A DNA stretch of 53,638 bases from a virus (Duplodnaviria > Caudoviricetes). Shown here piece after piece: positions 34,074-43,800 of this stretch. The DNA lies in IMG/VR virus record IMGVR_UViG_3300023174_000219, positions 1 through 53,638 of that record, one strand, 5' to 3'. The notes beneath the pieces are model-generated. The model was not told where the DNA came from. It saw only the letters and a list, made by a program, of their open reading frames with translations, and ran no database searches. The position numbers and the translations under genes are program-made. Position 1 is the first letter of the stretch. Each line of letters begins with the position of its first letter.

Positions 34074-34745
34074 TTACCAGTCTACACTGCTAGATGATGC
34101 AGAAGACTCTTCTTGCCCGCCATTTTCACCTGCGAAAAAGGCTTCCTGCTCTGTGTAAGGTAGGTCACGTACAGCAGTTTCTTCAAGTTTAAACAATTCA
34201 AGAGCTGAGGAATCAAATGGTGCCTCGTCCTTCGCCAATGGGATAATTGTATAACTTGTGTCAGTCTTGGTACCAGTACGCTTAATGCGCCACATCAAAT
34301 TAGTGATGCTTCCCATTTCGCCTGCATACTCAATTAGTGTTGGGGTTACAGTCTTTCCGCTTGAACCCTGTGAAAGAATTGCGACATATGGATCTTCTTT
34401 ACCATCGTCAACAAGCACGTTGATATAGAGTCGTGAACGACCCTTCCAGCCTGCCTTATAATCTTTGCGATGTTGCTCACAACCATAGCACTTACCTTGG
34501 TCTTCCATTGAGCAGAGAGCCTTACGGCGATAATCCTTTGGATTAGTATGTTCTACGGCAATAAATCCTAAGCCGTTTTTTTCATTGTATGTTGGTGAAT
34601 CTGGATCTAGTTCCTGAAGGAATCGAACCTTTACGCTCTCTCCATCTTCTAGCTTTACCCAGCGACCTTTGCTTCCGTCTCCGCCTGAAGCCTGCGGTTT
34701 ATCCATTACTTTGTTGAGGTCTTTAAGACCTTTCACGATACCCAT
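34074..34745 (-). CDS. single-stranded DNA-binding protein (gp32-like)
   Basis: KVRFL...H...C...CYGC zinc motif, acidic C-terminus ending in W; between primase and polymerase. Confidence 0.75.
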   Translation of the reverse strand: MGIVKGLKDLNKVMDKPQASGGDGSKGRWVKLEDGESVKVRFLQELDPDSPTYNEKNGLGFIAVEHTNPKDYRRKALCSMEDQGKCYGCEQHRKDYKAGWKGRSRLYINVLVDDGKEDPYVAILSQGSSGKTVTPTLIEYAGEMGSITNLMWRIKRTGTKTDTSYTIIPLAKDEAPFDSSALELFKLEETAVRDLPYTEQEAFFAGENGGQEESSASSSSVDW

Positions 34746-34766
34746 TTATATCTCCTTAGTATAGTT

Positions 34767-34801
34767 GATGGTATAGATCCATCTGTATTTCTATTATATC
34801 A
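34767..34801 (-). promoter_or_regulatory. SSB promoter with 5' hairpin
   Basis: TGATATAAT (34801-34793) then GATGG-ATCTATA-CCATC and AAGGAG RBS. Confidence 0.7.
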
Positions 34802-35797
34802 CGAGTTCCAAGACCTATATTCGATATCAGATACTGCATTTTTAATACAGTCTTTAATCTCTTCATCAGTCATGTCGCCTGCATCTTTTGCATCATGTGG
34901 ATATATCTTACCATATTGGTAGGAAGACCACAAGAGGTCTTTCATTCTTAATTTATTGGCTATGCTAAATCCAAGTTCTCTGCCAGCCAAATCTGCGTCT
35001 GTCATTATTGTTATTCTATTGAAATGTCTATTTAATAAAGACTGCTGTTCTTTAGATAAAAATCCTCCGAGAGTGGCGACAACGTTTGGGAATCCAGCCT
35101 GATGAACACGAATTGCATCAAAGCTTGATTCTACAACTATGACATGATCTCCAACCTTTTTAGCACGGTGGATATTAAATAATGTTTTGCTCTTAGGCAA
35201 GTTTGTACTATTCTTAAATGCCTTTCCTTCAATAGATCTTCCAACAAGTCCAATAGGCATACCGTCTGGACTATGTACTGGAACTGTTACCATTCCCATA
35301 TTTTTAGAGTAACCTAATTCAAAATCTTTAATTGACTGCTGGTTAATGCCTCTAGACTTAAAATACTCTATTCCAATATCATTAGATACTAATTCTGAAT
35401 GTAATTTAAAAAGAGTTTCACTAGAAAATTCTTCAAACATAGGCTTATCTTCCATAGTATCTGCAAGCAGCTCATCAAAGTTTTCTAATGCTTCTGTTTC
35501 TTTGGTGGAAACAAATCTCATAGCTTCAAAATCATTCTTGTGCATGGTGCGCTTAACTAGCTCTAATAAGGTACCAGCTTCTCCGCATGAAGGATTAAAA
35601 CAAATAAATGCGCCCTTCTCACGGCTTACGCTAAAACTTGATGTATGTCTATTAGAATGAAAAGGGCAGTAGCATAGAAAGTCATTTGAAGTCTCACCAA
35701 CAATCTCAAGCCCTATGGACTTTAAGACTGACTTGATATGCGCTGGGGCATACTGCGTGGTATCAACTTGCTTTGTATTATACCCTCTGATTGCCAT
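34799..35797 (-). CDS. dnaG: DNA primase (CHC2 zinc finger + TOPRIM)
   Basis: CPFH...CFNPSC; VVESSFDA; MTDADLAG; KDAGD; likely start ATG 35797. Confidence 0.92.
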   Translation of the reverse strand: MAIRGYNTKQVDTTQYAPAHIKSVLKSIGLEIVGETSNDFLCYCPFHSNRHTSSFSVSREKGAFICFNPSCGEAGTLLELVKRTMHKNDFEAMRFVSTKETEALENFDELLADTMEDKPMFEEFSSETLFKLHSELVSNDIGIEYFKSRGINQQSIKDFELGYSKNMGMVTVPVHSPDGMPIGLVGRSIEGKAFKNSTNLPKSKTLFNIHRAKKVGDHVIVVESSFDAIRVHQAGFPNVVATLGGFLSKEQQSLLNRHFNRITIMTDADLAGRELGFSIANKLRMKDLLWSSYQYGKIYPHDAKDAGDMTDEEIKDCIKNAVSDIEYRSWNS

Positions 35798-36024
35798 GCC
35801 TTCTTCTTTCCAACATATACACCGTGAAGAGTCATTAAGAACTTCCACGTCTCGCCCGTAAATTCTACAGAAAACGCTGGGTCTATGTCAAGTACCCTGA
35901 CGTATCCTTTAGATCTCATATCATGTGTTAGCAGTGTTTCGTATTGTGGACGAAGACTAATCAGCTGACTGTTATCATGAAACTCTACGTTTATTTGAAA
36001 TCTTTTAATTCTTTTGTGCGTCAT
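35722..36024 (-). CDS. hypothetical protein overlapping primase start
   Basis: MTHKRIKRF...MRSKGYVRVLDIDP; likely start 36024. Confidence 0.7.
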   Translation of the reverse strand: MTHKRIKRFQINVEFHDNSQLISLRPQYETLLTHDMRSKGYVRVLDIDPAFSVEFTGETWKFLMTLHGVYVGKKKAWQSEGIIQSKLIPRSMPQRISSQS

Positions 36025-37252
36025 TCTGGAAAGGATTTTCATAAATCTCTTTAACGATACCACGGTTGATATCCCAGTCTAGGAAGAAATTAAACTCCGT
36101 TCCGTGACGATTCTTTCTTGAAACAACTTCGATCATATTTGTATTCGGATACCTATGGATAGCCATAGCCATATCAGCATCATATTCAATAGCCTTAGAC
36201 CAAGCAACCTGGCTCATCATTGGCGGGTTATCTTGATCTGATACATCATCTGCAGTTGCAGCAGTAATATCAATAATAGGGATATTGTTTGCAACAGCAA
36301 GCAGCTTAAACTCACGGGAAATATTTCTATTTCGCTCAACTTCCGACATGCTTCGCTTATTATCATTAAATAATTGATGGTAATCAAGGATAACTAGGTC
36401 AGGCTTATGCTGATCAATCTTGCCCTGAATAGTTGCTGGAGTAACTTCTGTATTACCCTCATTAGAGATAAGAATAAAACTATTCTTATTTTCAAACTTC
36501 TTTGTAGACCATGATCTAAAATCATCTACATTTACCGCACCCTTTGAAAAGTCGCTGGCCTTAAACATTCCAGAACCCATCATTGTATAGATACGATCAC
36601 GCATATTTTCTGGTGACATTTCAAGTGATACAATCATTGGCTTGAATCCTTGCTCCCATGCCTTGCATGCAAGATAAGATGTAAACCATGTCTTACCACG
36701 TCCTGGCCAACCAATAGCAACAATTAAATGTCCTGGTGCCATGCCAGTTGGATATGCTTTATCAATAGCATCGAACCCAGTTGTAATTCCTGGAGCTCCG
36801 CCCATCATAGCAGAACGTGCCTGAACCGCTTCAAAGTGTCTGATAGCAGACTCTGCATCAATTACATCTAGGTCACGCACATTGTTTGTATATCGACTTA
36901 GATTTGCTAACTGAGATTGCATTTCTGCAAGGACTCTTGATGCCGCATCTTCTTTCAACATAGATCCGCCCTTAAGAATAATATTTTTAAGTCTATTGGT
37001 AAGGTATTCGTTCTTAAGCTTATCTAAGTAATACCCAGTCTCTGCTTTTGGCGTAGGGTCTGGTTCAAAATCTTTAAATTTTTCCTGCAAGATTCCAACT
37101 TCTGGAACTGCTTTAAACTTATAGTAATATGACTTTAAGCCTTCCCATATATCTCTATGAGAAGTAAATAACTCATCTACGTTATCGGCAAGTAGGGTGC
37201 TGATATCCTTATTCTTACATACAGCAGAAATTAATGTTGCTTCTGTATTCAC
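36005..37252 (-). CDS. dnaB: replicative DNA helicase
   Basis: GWPGRGKT, SLEM, VILDY, IEYDAD, KNRHG. Confidence 0.95.
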   Translation of the reverse strand: MNTEATLISAVCKNKDISTLLADNVDELFTSHRDIWEGLKSYYYKFKAVPEVGILQEKFKDFEPDPTPKAETGYYLDKLKNEYLTNRLKNIILKGGSMLKEDAASRVLAEMQSQLANLSRYTNNVRDLDVIDAESAIRHFEAVQARSAMMGGAPGITTGFDAIDKAYPTGMAPGHLIVAIGWPGRGKTWFTSYLACKAWEQGFKPMIVSLEMSPENMRDRIYTMMGSGMFKASDFSKGAVNVDDFRSWSTKKFENKNSFILISNEGNTEVTPATIQGKIDQHKPDLVILDYHQLFNDNKRSMSEVERNRNISREFKLLAVANNIPIIDITAATADDVSDQDNPPMMSQVAWSKAIEYDADMAMAIHRYPNTNMIEVVSRKNRHGTEFNFFLDWDINRGIVKEIYENPFQNDAQKN

Positions 37253-37572
37253 GCTATGCCGCCTTCTTCAACCATCTTCTTCGTTTGTTCTAGTAATAAA
37301 CGACGCTTTTCTTTATCTCTTTCAATCTCAATATTTAATGCATCCATCTTATCAAAGTTATAGAAAAAGAACTGTAATGGATGCCCGTTTTTATTTAGGC
37401 TAAAGTAGTATATCAAAAGGTCCTTGGCTCGGTCAAACCCAACGCTATCGATAACATCTTGCATGGCCCATTTTTCACGGAACTTATTCATAGTAGGAAC
37501 ACGCCCATACTTTTCTTTATATAAAGACTGGTACAGACTAATTAGAATATACGGTTGCTTATCACTTGCCAC
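37249..37572 (-). CDS. hypothetical protein (possible helicase loader/initiator by position)
   Basis: 107 aa directly upstream of dnaB. Confidence 0.65.
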   Translation of the reverse strand: MASDKQPYILISLYQSLYKEKYGRVPTMNKFREKWAMQDVIDSVGFDRAKDLLIYYFSLNKNGHPLQFFFYNFDKMDALNIEIERDKEKRRLLLEQTKKMVEEGGIA

Positions 37573-37768
37573 GCTTTAGCTCTTCTTCTACTTCACGAGT
37601 TTTTTCAATGAGCTTATTCTCTACAAATGCATATACTCTTTCTGTTGCAGTATCTACATTTTCGCCCTGCCTAACATTATCTTCAACGCCAATACCGATC
37701 TTAATGCTCTCATAGTTACCTAGATTGCGTGTAAAAGATAGGTCAACCTTAACCTTAGTCTCTGACAT
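37562..37768 (-). CDS. conserved phage protein (TxNLGNYES family)
   Basis: SFTRNLGNYESIKI. Confidence 0.75.
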   Translation of the reverse strand: MSETKVKVDLSFTRNLGNYESIKIGIGVEDNVRQGENVDTATERVYAFVENKLIEKTREVEEELKRGK

Positions 37769-37881
37769 TATTTATGCTCCGCCTTCTTGTGTCTTGATAA
37801 TGTATCGTTAGCGAAAATACCCCAACGAACTTCTATTCCCTTTTTACATATATCACAAATTACTACTCTGCCTTTTTCCAC
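37768..37881 (-). CDS. 37-aa C2H2 zinc-finger peptide (not in ORF track)
   Basis: GTG start; ICDICKK...LSRHKKAEH. Confidence 0.6.
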   Translation of the reverse strand: MEKGRVVICDICKKGIEVRWGIFANDTLSRHKKAEHK

Positions 37882-38366
37882 TATTCCGCCTTCCATACTG
37901 GAACAAACCTTCCCTCTTCTGTCTTAGTATACAATATTAAATTGTGTTTGAGAAGAGCCTGCAATTCGGTTCTAGACGGAAGGGCGCTGGAATGTCCAGA
38001 ATCTAATATATATTGATGTAAATCTAATATATCAGATTCCTTAAACATATACTTGTGCCAATTTTCATGGTCTGGATTGCTAATAGGATAAACTTTTTGC
38101 GGCGACTTAATCTTACCCTGAATTATATATTCCTGTATTGTAACCCTATGCTTATTCAACATAGATGCAACTTCTACAAGGGTAAAAGCGTTTTCCATAT
38201 ACTTATTAACCTGAGAATAAGAATATAAAACTCTTTTTCTATCTGGGTAGCACCAAGCAACCAGCTCATCTTTAGATCTAGAAGATCTAATTACCTTATG
38301 TATTTTATCGTTTAAGAAGAAATACCGTAATTTTTTGAGTTTATTGTCTCTTTGTTTTCTAGCCAT
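37881..38366 (-). CDS. MerR/excisionase-like HTH DNA-binding protein
   Basis: FTLVEVASMLNKHRVTIQEYIIQGKIKSP. Confidence 0.75.
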   Translation of the reverse strand: MARKQRDNKLKKLRYFFLNDKIHKVIRSSRSKDELVAWCYPDRKRVLYSYSQVNKYMENAFTLVEVASMLNKHRVTIQEYIIQGKIKSPQKVYPISNPDHENWHKYMFKESDILDLHQYILDSGHSSALPSRTELQALLKHNLILYTKTEEGRFVPVWKAE

Positions 38367-38497
38367 TTACCGAAAGCACTCGTTTCCTTGTTGATCATAC
38401 TTCTTTTACCACACAGAATACAAAATACTTCTACGTGAAGCTTTTGTGAAAATACTCTATCGACAAATACTCTGCCTCCACATTTTCTGCACCACAT
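38312..38497 (-). CDS. zinc-ribbon protein
   Basis: MWCRKCGGRVF...FCILCGKR; start 38497. Confidence 0.75.
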   Translation of the reverse strand: MWCRKCGGRVFVDRVFSQKLHVEVFCILCGKRSMINKETSAFGKWLENKETINSKNYGISS

Positions 38498-39297
38498 TAT
38501 AAAGTAAATACCTTTCCGTCTACTACGCATGAGTAGTCTGGAGATACGTGAATCATTTGAATATGAGGATAATCATTTACAATATGTGCAATGGCAAAGC
38601 CCTTTTGCCAGTCATGGTGCTGGGTATACTTCATACCTGGACCCTTTTCATCGCACATGTGACCGATTTCATATCCACGAAGCGTTTCTCCTTCGCCATT
38701 ATTTCTAAGTTCATATGTTACCATATGTGAAGCAATTCTGTGTGAATGTCCACGAATTAAAGAAACCTGTAGGTCTTCCATATCTTTTCTAACTGATCCA
38801 GTTGCAGATATTGATATACCATGGTGTACATGAACATCTCCGAATCGACGCTTAGGCAATGAGTCATAATAAATATATTCATATCCCAATGAGTCTAGAT
38901 TCCATAATGTTTCTGGAGTTACATCATTTAAATAATCTGGAAGCTTTGCATCCATGTAATTAAAAATTCTAATGTCGTGATTTCCTAGAGCGGAAAAAAG
39001 TTGAGCATCTGGAAGCATCTCACGAGTCTTTGTATAAAAATCTCTTGCACCCTTTGCTTCATGTCTCATCATTGGAACAATAAGATCCTTGCTGTCTGTT
39101 TTATGTAGCGCAAGGAATTCTGAAGACAATCCCTCGTTATACTTGCTGTAGCAAGCTTGATCGTCTGTATCTCCAAGATAGTCTACGACGTCTGGCTTAA
39201 ACCATTTCATGACCTTAAACCATAAAGCAATCATCTTATCATCCTGATATGGGAATTGCTGATCGGATGATAGCATCCACTTTAAATCGTTACTCAT
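38497..39297 (-). CDS. calcineurin-like metallophosphoesterase
   Basis: SDQQ, LGDTDD, GNHD, HHG, GHSHR. Confidence 0.88.
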   Translation of the reverse strand: MSNDLKWMLSSDQQFPYQDDKMIALWFKVMKWFKPDVVDYLGDTDDQACYSKYNEGLSSEFLALHKTDSKDLIVPMMRHEAKGARDFYTKTREMLPDAQLFSALGNHDIRIFNYMDAKLPDYLNDVTPETLWNLDSLGYEYIYYDSLPKRRFGDVHVHHGISISATGSVRKDMEDLQVSLIRGHSHRIASHMVTYELRNNGEGETLRGYEIGHMCDEKGPGMKYTQHHDWQKGFAIAHIVNDYPHIQMIHVSPDYSCVVDGKVFTL

Positions 39298-39316
39298 TTT
39301 TTACCTTAATACGAAA

Positions 39317-39380
39317 AAAGTCACGGGTGCGTGACTTTGATGTTACACCGTAAGTGTAACATATATTACTGGGTTGTCAA
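39317..39380 (-). promoter_or_regulatory. promoter, palindromic operator and hairpin between tail and replication modules
   Basis: TTGACA 39380-39375, TACACT 39358-39353; TGTTACAC-N5-GTGTAACA 39341-39361; AAAGTCACG/CGTGACTTT hairpin with T-run. Confidence 0.6.
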
Positions 39381-39382
39381 TA

Positions 39383-39820
39383 CTATACTATATCTCTCAT
39401 GCAGATTGCTATTACATCCACATATATACTTGCACGAGTTCCGTCTCCGCTAAAATTAACAAATAGGGTTGGTGTTGTTGTAACACCACCCACTGTAGCG
39501 GTAATAACGTCTTTATCGCTTACTGAGGTTTTAACACCAGTAGCAACATATACTTTACCTCCAGAAATTTCAGCCTGGGTAAATTTACCGCCGAAGCTGA
39601 ATGTTGTATTCTGTGGCTTACCAGCAACTACATTTTCAAATTTATGTCTAAATGTAAATATTACTGGTGTCTGCAGGGTAGTACCATCTGAATTTGTTGA
39701 ATTTGCTAATGCTGCTGATTGATATACATTATTTACATTCTTAACTAAATTGTTAAGCTTTGTAGGATCTAGGGGCTCTCCGTCGTTAAATACAACGGGA
39801 ATGAATTCATTTGTTGTCAT
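39383..39820 (-). CDS. probable minor virion protein
   Basis: FNDGEPLDPTKLNNL N-terminal motif typical of tail-associated proteins. Confidence 0.6.
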   Translation of the reverse strand: MTTNEFIPVVFNDGEPLDPTKLNNLVKNVNNVYQSAALANSTNSDGTTLQTPVIFTFRHKFENVVAGKPQNTTFSFGGKFTQAEISGGKVYVATGVKTSVSDKDVITATVGGVTTTPTLFVNFSGDGTRASIYVDVIAICMRDIV

Positions 39821-40224
39821 TATAAATCTTCTCCTAAATCGTGCATATTTGCCTCAACATCGCTTACTTCAATAACCAAAGACCTGTCTAGCCCGTACTT
39901 ATTAAATGTATCTGGGTCAACTATATGCCTACGCTTATTCTGCGAGATTAAATACAGTTTACCATCTGCTATGTTTTTAATCAAGGTGCCGTCTCTAAAA
40001 CCGAGCTTACCTACAATCTTCATAGCAGAAACAGCATTTTCGGTTGCATGTACAGTAGGAAAAGACCATGAGGTCTCCGCCCTATCTGATATCAACCTAA
40101 AACGTTTTCCGTCTTTAATCCAATAAGTGGCCTTTTCCGTTTTTACTGCAAGGCCCGTAGGGAAATTAGTTGGTGATGTTATTAAGATGTTCTGAATAGG
40201 CTTCAACCGCTTCAACTTTAGCAT
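39820..40224 (-). CDS. two-repeat beta protein
   Basis: GLAVKTEKATYWIKDGKRFRL / GTLIKNIADGKLYLISQNKRRHI. Confidence 0.7.
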   Translation of the reverse strand: MLKLKRLKPIQNILITSPTNFPTGLAVKTEKATYWIKDGKRFRLISDRAETSWSFPTVHATENAVSAMKIVGKLGFRDGTLIKNIADGKLYLISQNKRRHIVDPDTFNKYGLDRSLVIEVSDVEANMHDLGEDL

Positions 40225-40348
40225 CTTTTTCTTCCATTAGTTTAGTAATTTCTGCTCTTAGAATTGCAATTTGAGTCTCATAATTTGAGACAATTTCTCC
40301 AATGCGCTGTTGTAGAGCCGTAATAACTAATTCTGCTTTATCTGCCAT
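40166..40348 (-). CDS. small coiled-coil protein
   Basis: AAGGA RBS; ALQQRIGEIVSNYETQIAILRAEIT. Confidence 0.75.
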   Translation of the reverse strand: MADKAELVITALQQRIGEIVSNYETQIAILRAEITKLMEEKDAKVEAVEAYSEHLNNITN

Positions 40349-40366
40349 TTTATTTCCTTTAATCTA

Positions 40367-40579
40367 TTAAGCTGTAAGAGTAGCCTTCTCAGCAAGTAGT
40401 GCGTCCTTCTTTGCATTTTGATCATCAAGTCTAGCATTTAAACCAGAGATTAATGTTTCATCTTGAATCGATACAGAGTTTGCTTCAATTAAATCAAGCT
40501 CTATGCCGTAGATTGAATATTCAACATTCTTTAGGTGTTGATCCAATACTGCCAGTTTTTCTTCATTTGTTAGAATCAT
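40367..40579 (-). CDS. small coiled-coil protein (possible fibre chaperone)
   Basis: AAGGAGG RBS, own TGATATAAT promoter. Confidence 0.75.
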   Translation of the reverse strand: MILTNEEKLAVLDQHLKNVEYSIYGIELDLIEANSVSIQDETLISGLNARLDDQNAKKDALLAEKATLTA

Positions 40580-40606
40580 TGTTTTCCTCCTTTCCTATTA
40601 TATCAT

Positions 40607-40816
40607 TTAACCCTGATTAGTCAAGGATAATTTTTCCTGTTCCAAGGCCGCTATTTTATTAGTATAGTTTTCTATATTTAATAAATTACTATCTATTTTA
40701 ATTTGATTTCCCAAATCATTAAGCATAGATATAGCGTCATTACTTTCTTGTAGGCGCTGTCTCCAGAAATCTAATTTTAAATTAACTAAATATAACTTTT
40801 CTTCATAGTTTATCAT
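40607..40816 (-). CDS. small coiled-coil protein, paralog-like to neighbour
   Basis: MINYEEKL...KIAALEQEKLSLT vs MILTNEEKL...KKDALLAEKATLT. Confidence 0.7.
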   Translation of the reverse strand: MINYEEKLYLVNLKLDFWRQRLQESNDAISMLNDLGNQIKIDSNLLNIENYTNKIAALEQEKLSLTNQG

Positions 40817-40823
40817 ATTATCA

Positions 40824-43800
40824 CTAATTCATAAACGTAGTTTGACTTGACACCACGCTAGACCCTCCAGAGTTTGTAGCGGAAACATAAATTGTATAGT
40901 TTCCAGCACCTTGCCATCCAGTTCCATCATATCCTGGCCTAAATGATGTTCCAGTATATGTATAAGCATTATTTGTGGTAAACACCGTACCAGTAGGCCC
41001 CTGACAGAAAATAGAATAACCTGTAGGTGAGTTTGTGTAGCTCCAAGAGAATGTTCCACCTAATGAAAGTGAATTGTTTCCAGATATGCTAGATAGCACT
41101 GGTGCAGGTACGCTAGGTGCAGATGGAGTTGCTGATCCCCTTGGACTTGAAGAATATGCTGTCCATACGTTATTCGTATTAGATGCAGAAACCCAAAAAT
41201 AGTATGTAGTGCCATTACTTAATCCGCTAAATGTATATGGCGAACTTGTTGTTTCTGCGTCATAAGAGCTAGCTGGATCTACTCCGTTTCCAGTAGAACT
41301 TGTACTCCACCAAATTCTATACTTAACAGCATTTGTTGCACCAGACCAACTTACTGTAGCAGAACCATTTCCTCCGCTTGCACTAACAGAAGTAGGGGCC
41401 GTAGCATTTGATATCGGGGCTACTCTTGTTCCAGTTATACCATTTGTTTGATAAGGATACCAATCTGAAACACCTCCAGAATTTTTTCCTCTAACCCAGT
41501 AATATCTTGTACCGCCAGAAGAAATGGTTGTGTCCAAATATGGAGAAGAAACACCAGAAAAATCTGGAGTTGCGGTAGGAGCAGGATATGCTGATATAGA
41601 TGTATTCCAAAATAGGTCGTAACTTGTGGCATTAGTTGATCCACTGAATGTTAAATTTACACCATCTGTTCTAGTAGTTGTTGCTGACAGAGATGTTGGT
41701 ATTCCTGGCAATGTCAAAGACCATCTTGCCGACATTGTTAAATTATTTTCAGGAACTAGCCAATAATAATTAGCTGGTATTGGTCCATAAGTATAATCTC
41801 CAGCCGTAGTATTGTACCAACCCAAGAAAGTGTATCCGCTTCTTGTTGGCGTAGGAGTTGTAACATATCCAGACGAATCTGTAGTTGATGACGGGATAGA
41901 GACCGTTCCTGAATTTCCATTCCAGTAAACTGTATAGGTTTGACGGGGTGTTGTGACAGATCTTACTAAGCTCCAGTCTCCTAATGTTCCACCAGAACTA
42001 ACTCCTCTAACCCACCAATAGAAAGTCGTATTATATGCAAATGCATATGGGGTTGTAAATGATGTTGATGTTAAATCTTTATAGTCAGCATATGTCTGAC
42101 CATTAGTTGGAGCAGTATTATTTGAATTAAAATAAAGCTGATATGTTGCGGCATCTGTTGCTGCATTCCAAGATAAGGATATATAGGCAGTTGAATTTGA
42201 TGAACTAGAAACCCATGTAGGAGTACTTGGCTTTGAGACCAATCTTGTTCCAGAAATACCACTTAATGATGGTCCTGGATACCAATCTGAAGCATTTGAA
42301 CCAGAAGATGTTATTTCGTTTCTAGCTCTTACACGATAGTATCTAGTAGCCCCTTCTGCAATTGTTGTATCTAAATAAGAATTTGTTGTTATAGAATTAT
42401 CTGAACCAAAATCTGCAAATGTGGACTGATTTATTGGCCCAGTCCCAGAGGAAGATTGCCAATAAATTTCATAATAATTTGCTCCAGTATTTGTCCACTG
42501 CAAATAAACTCCGTCTTTTCTATTTGAAGTGGCAGTAAGAGATGTGGGTGCGCCCAATGTAATAATTGGGTTTGCATATGTTGTTGTATAATATGGAGTT
42601 GTTGTTATTGATGCTGTATAGGTTCCAGCAGAAGAATATGTATGACTTATTCCACTAAATGTAGGATTTGGTGTGTTATATGAAAATGTACCAGTATATG
42701 GAGTAGATCCATCGCCAAAATTTATCGTATATGATTTTGGATACGCTTTATAGCCAGAAGGATATCCTGAAATAGAACCAGAAAAGGTTACAGTTAATGG
42801 TGGGCTTCCGCCAGTGACATTTGAAGTTAAAGTAGGATTTGATGCAGCATGTATATCATATATTAAATTATTTGTTGTTGTAATCCCATTTCGAATAGCA
42901 GCAACTTCCATTTCAATTCCCCACCTTGCTGCATTTGTAACATATGCATCAGTATATGTAGAACCGTTATATGTTCCAGAATCTATGGCAAAGCTATCAG
43001 ATATTGTGGCTGTTCCATTACTTATGGATACGCTACTTATTGATCCAACTCCAGTAGAATTTGCAGTATATGTTGTCCAACTTGTTATTGCGCTAGTTTG
43101 CCAGTTATAATATCTATAGCGAACCCTATATGTAGTACTTGAATTAACTCCACTAATTGTAGATCTAAATCTTAAAGATGTTGCAGTTGGTAGGCCAAAG
43201 TAGTTATCCACTGCAGAATTATCTCTGGTGTCCTCCACCCTCACATTTGAAATAGAAATTGGTGCAGTTACTGTACCAGTAGTTGGATCGCTGGCATAAT
43301 AATTAGTATCATTATAATATCTTGTCCATGAGTTAACAACCTTTATTTTTGCAACAACGTAGTATCCAGCATCAGCATTTGTTAAAGTATATGTATCTGT
43401 ACCTTGTAAACTTGTACTATTATTTGTTGTAATGTTTGTATTTGATACTAAGGTAGATTTTATGAGAGTTCCTTGTGGATCGGTTGTAGTAGATCTCCAC
43501 CATTCTATTACAGAATTAGACCTTTCAATACTATTGTAATAGTAGTTTTCTAAATTATATACCGCAGTTAATGTGTTTCCTACAGTTGGATCAGTTGTTC
43601 CTGTAGTAAAACTAGTAAATATTGGATAATCTTTAATAAGAAAAATTGGTCCAGCCGAAGCTGTAACCGTATCGCCATAGTTAGTAACTGATATTTTATA
43701 ATATAAATACGATTCGTCCGCTTGAGATTTAATAGTACTGCTTGCTGTACTTAGATCAAATATGTCGTTACTATCTATTGTAAATCTTACTGACCCATCT

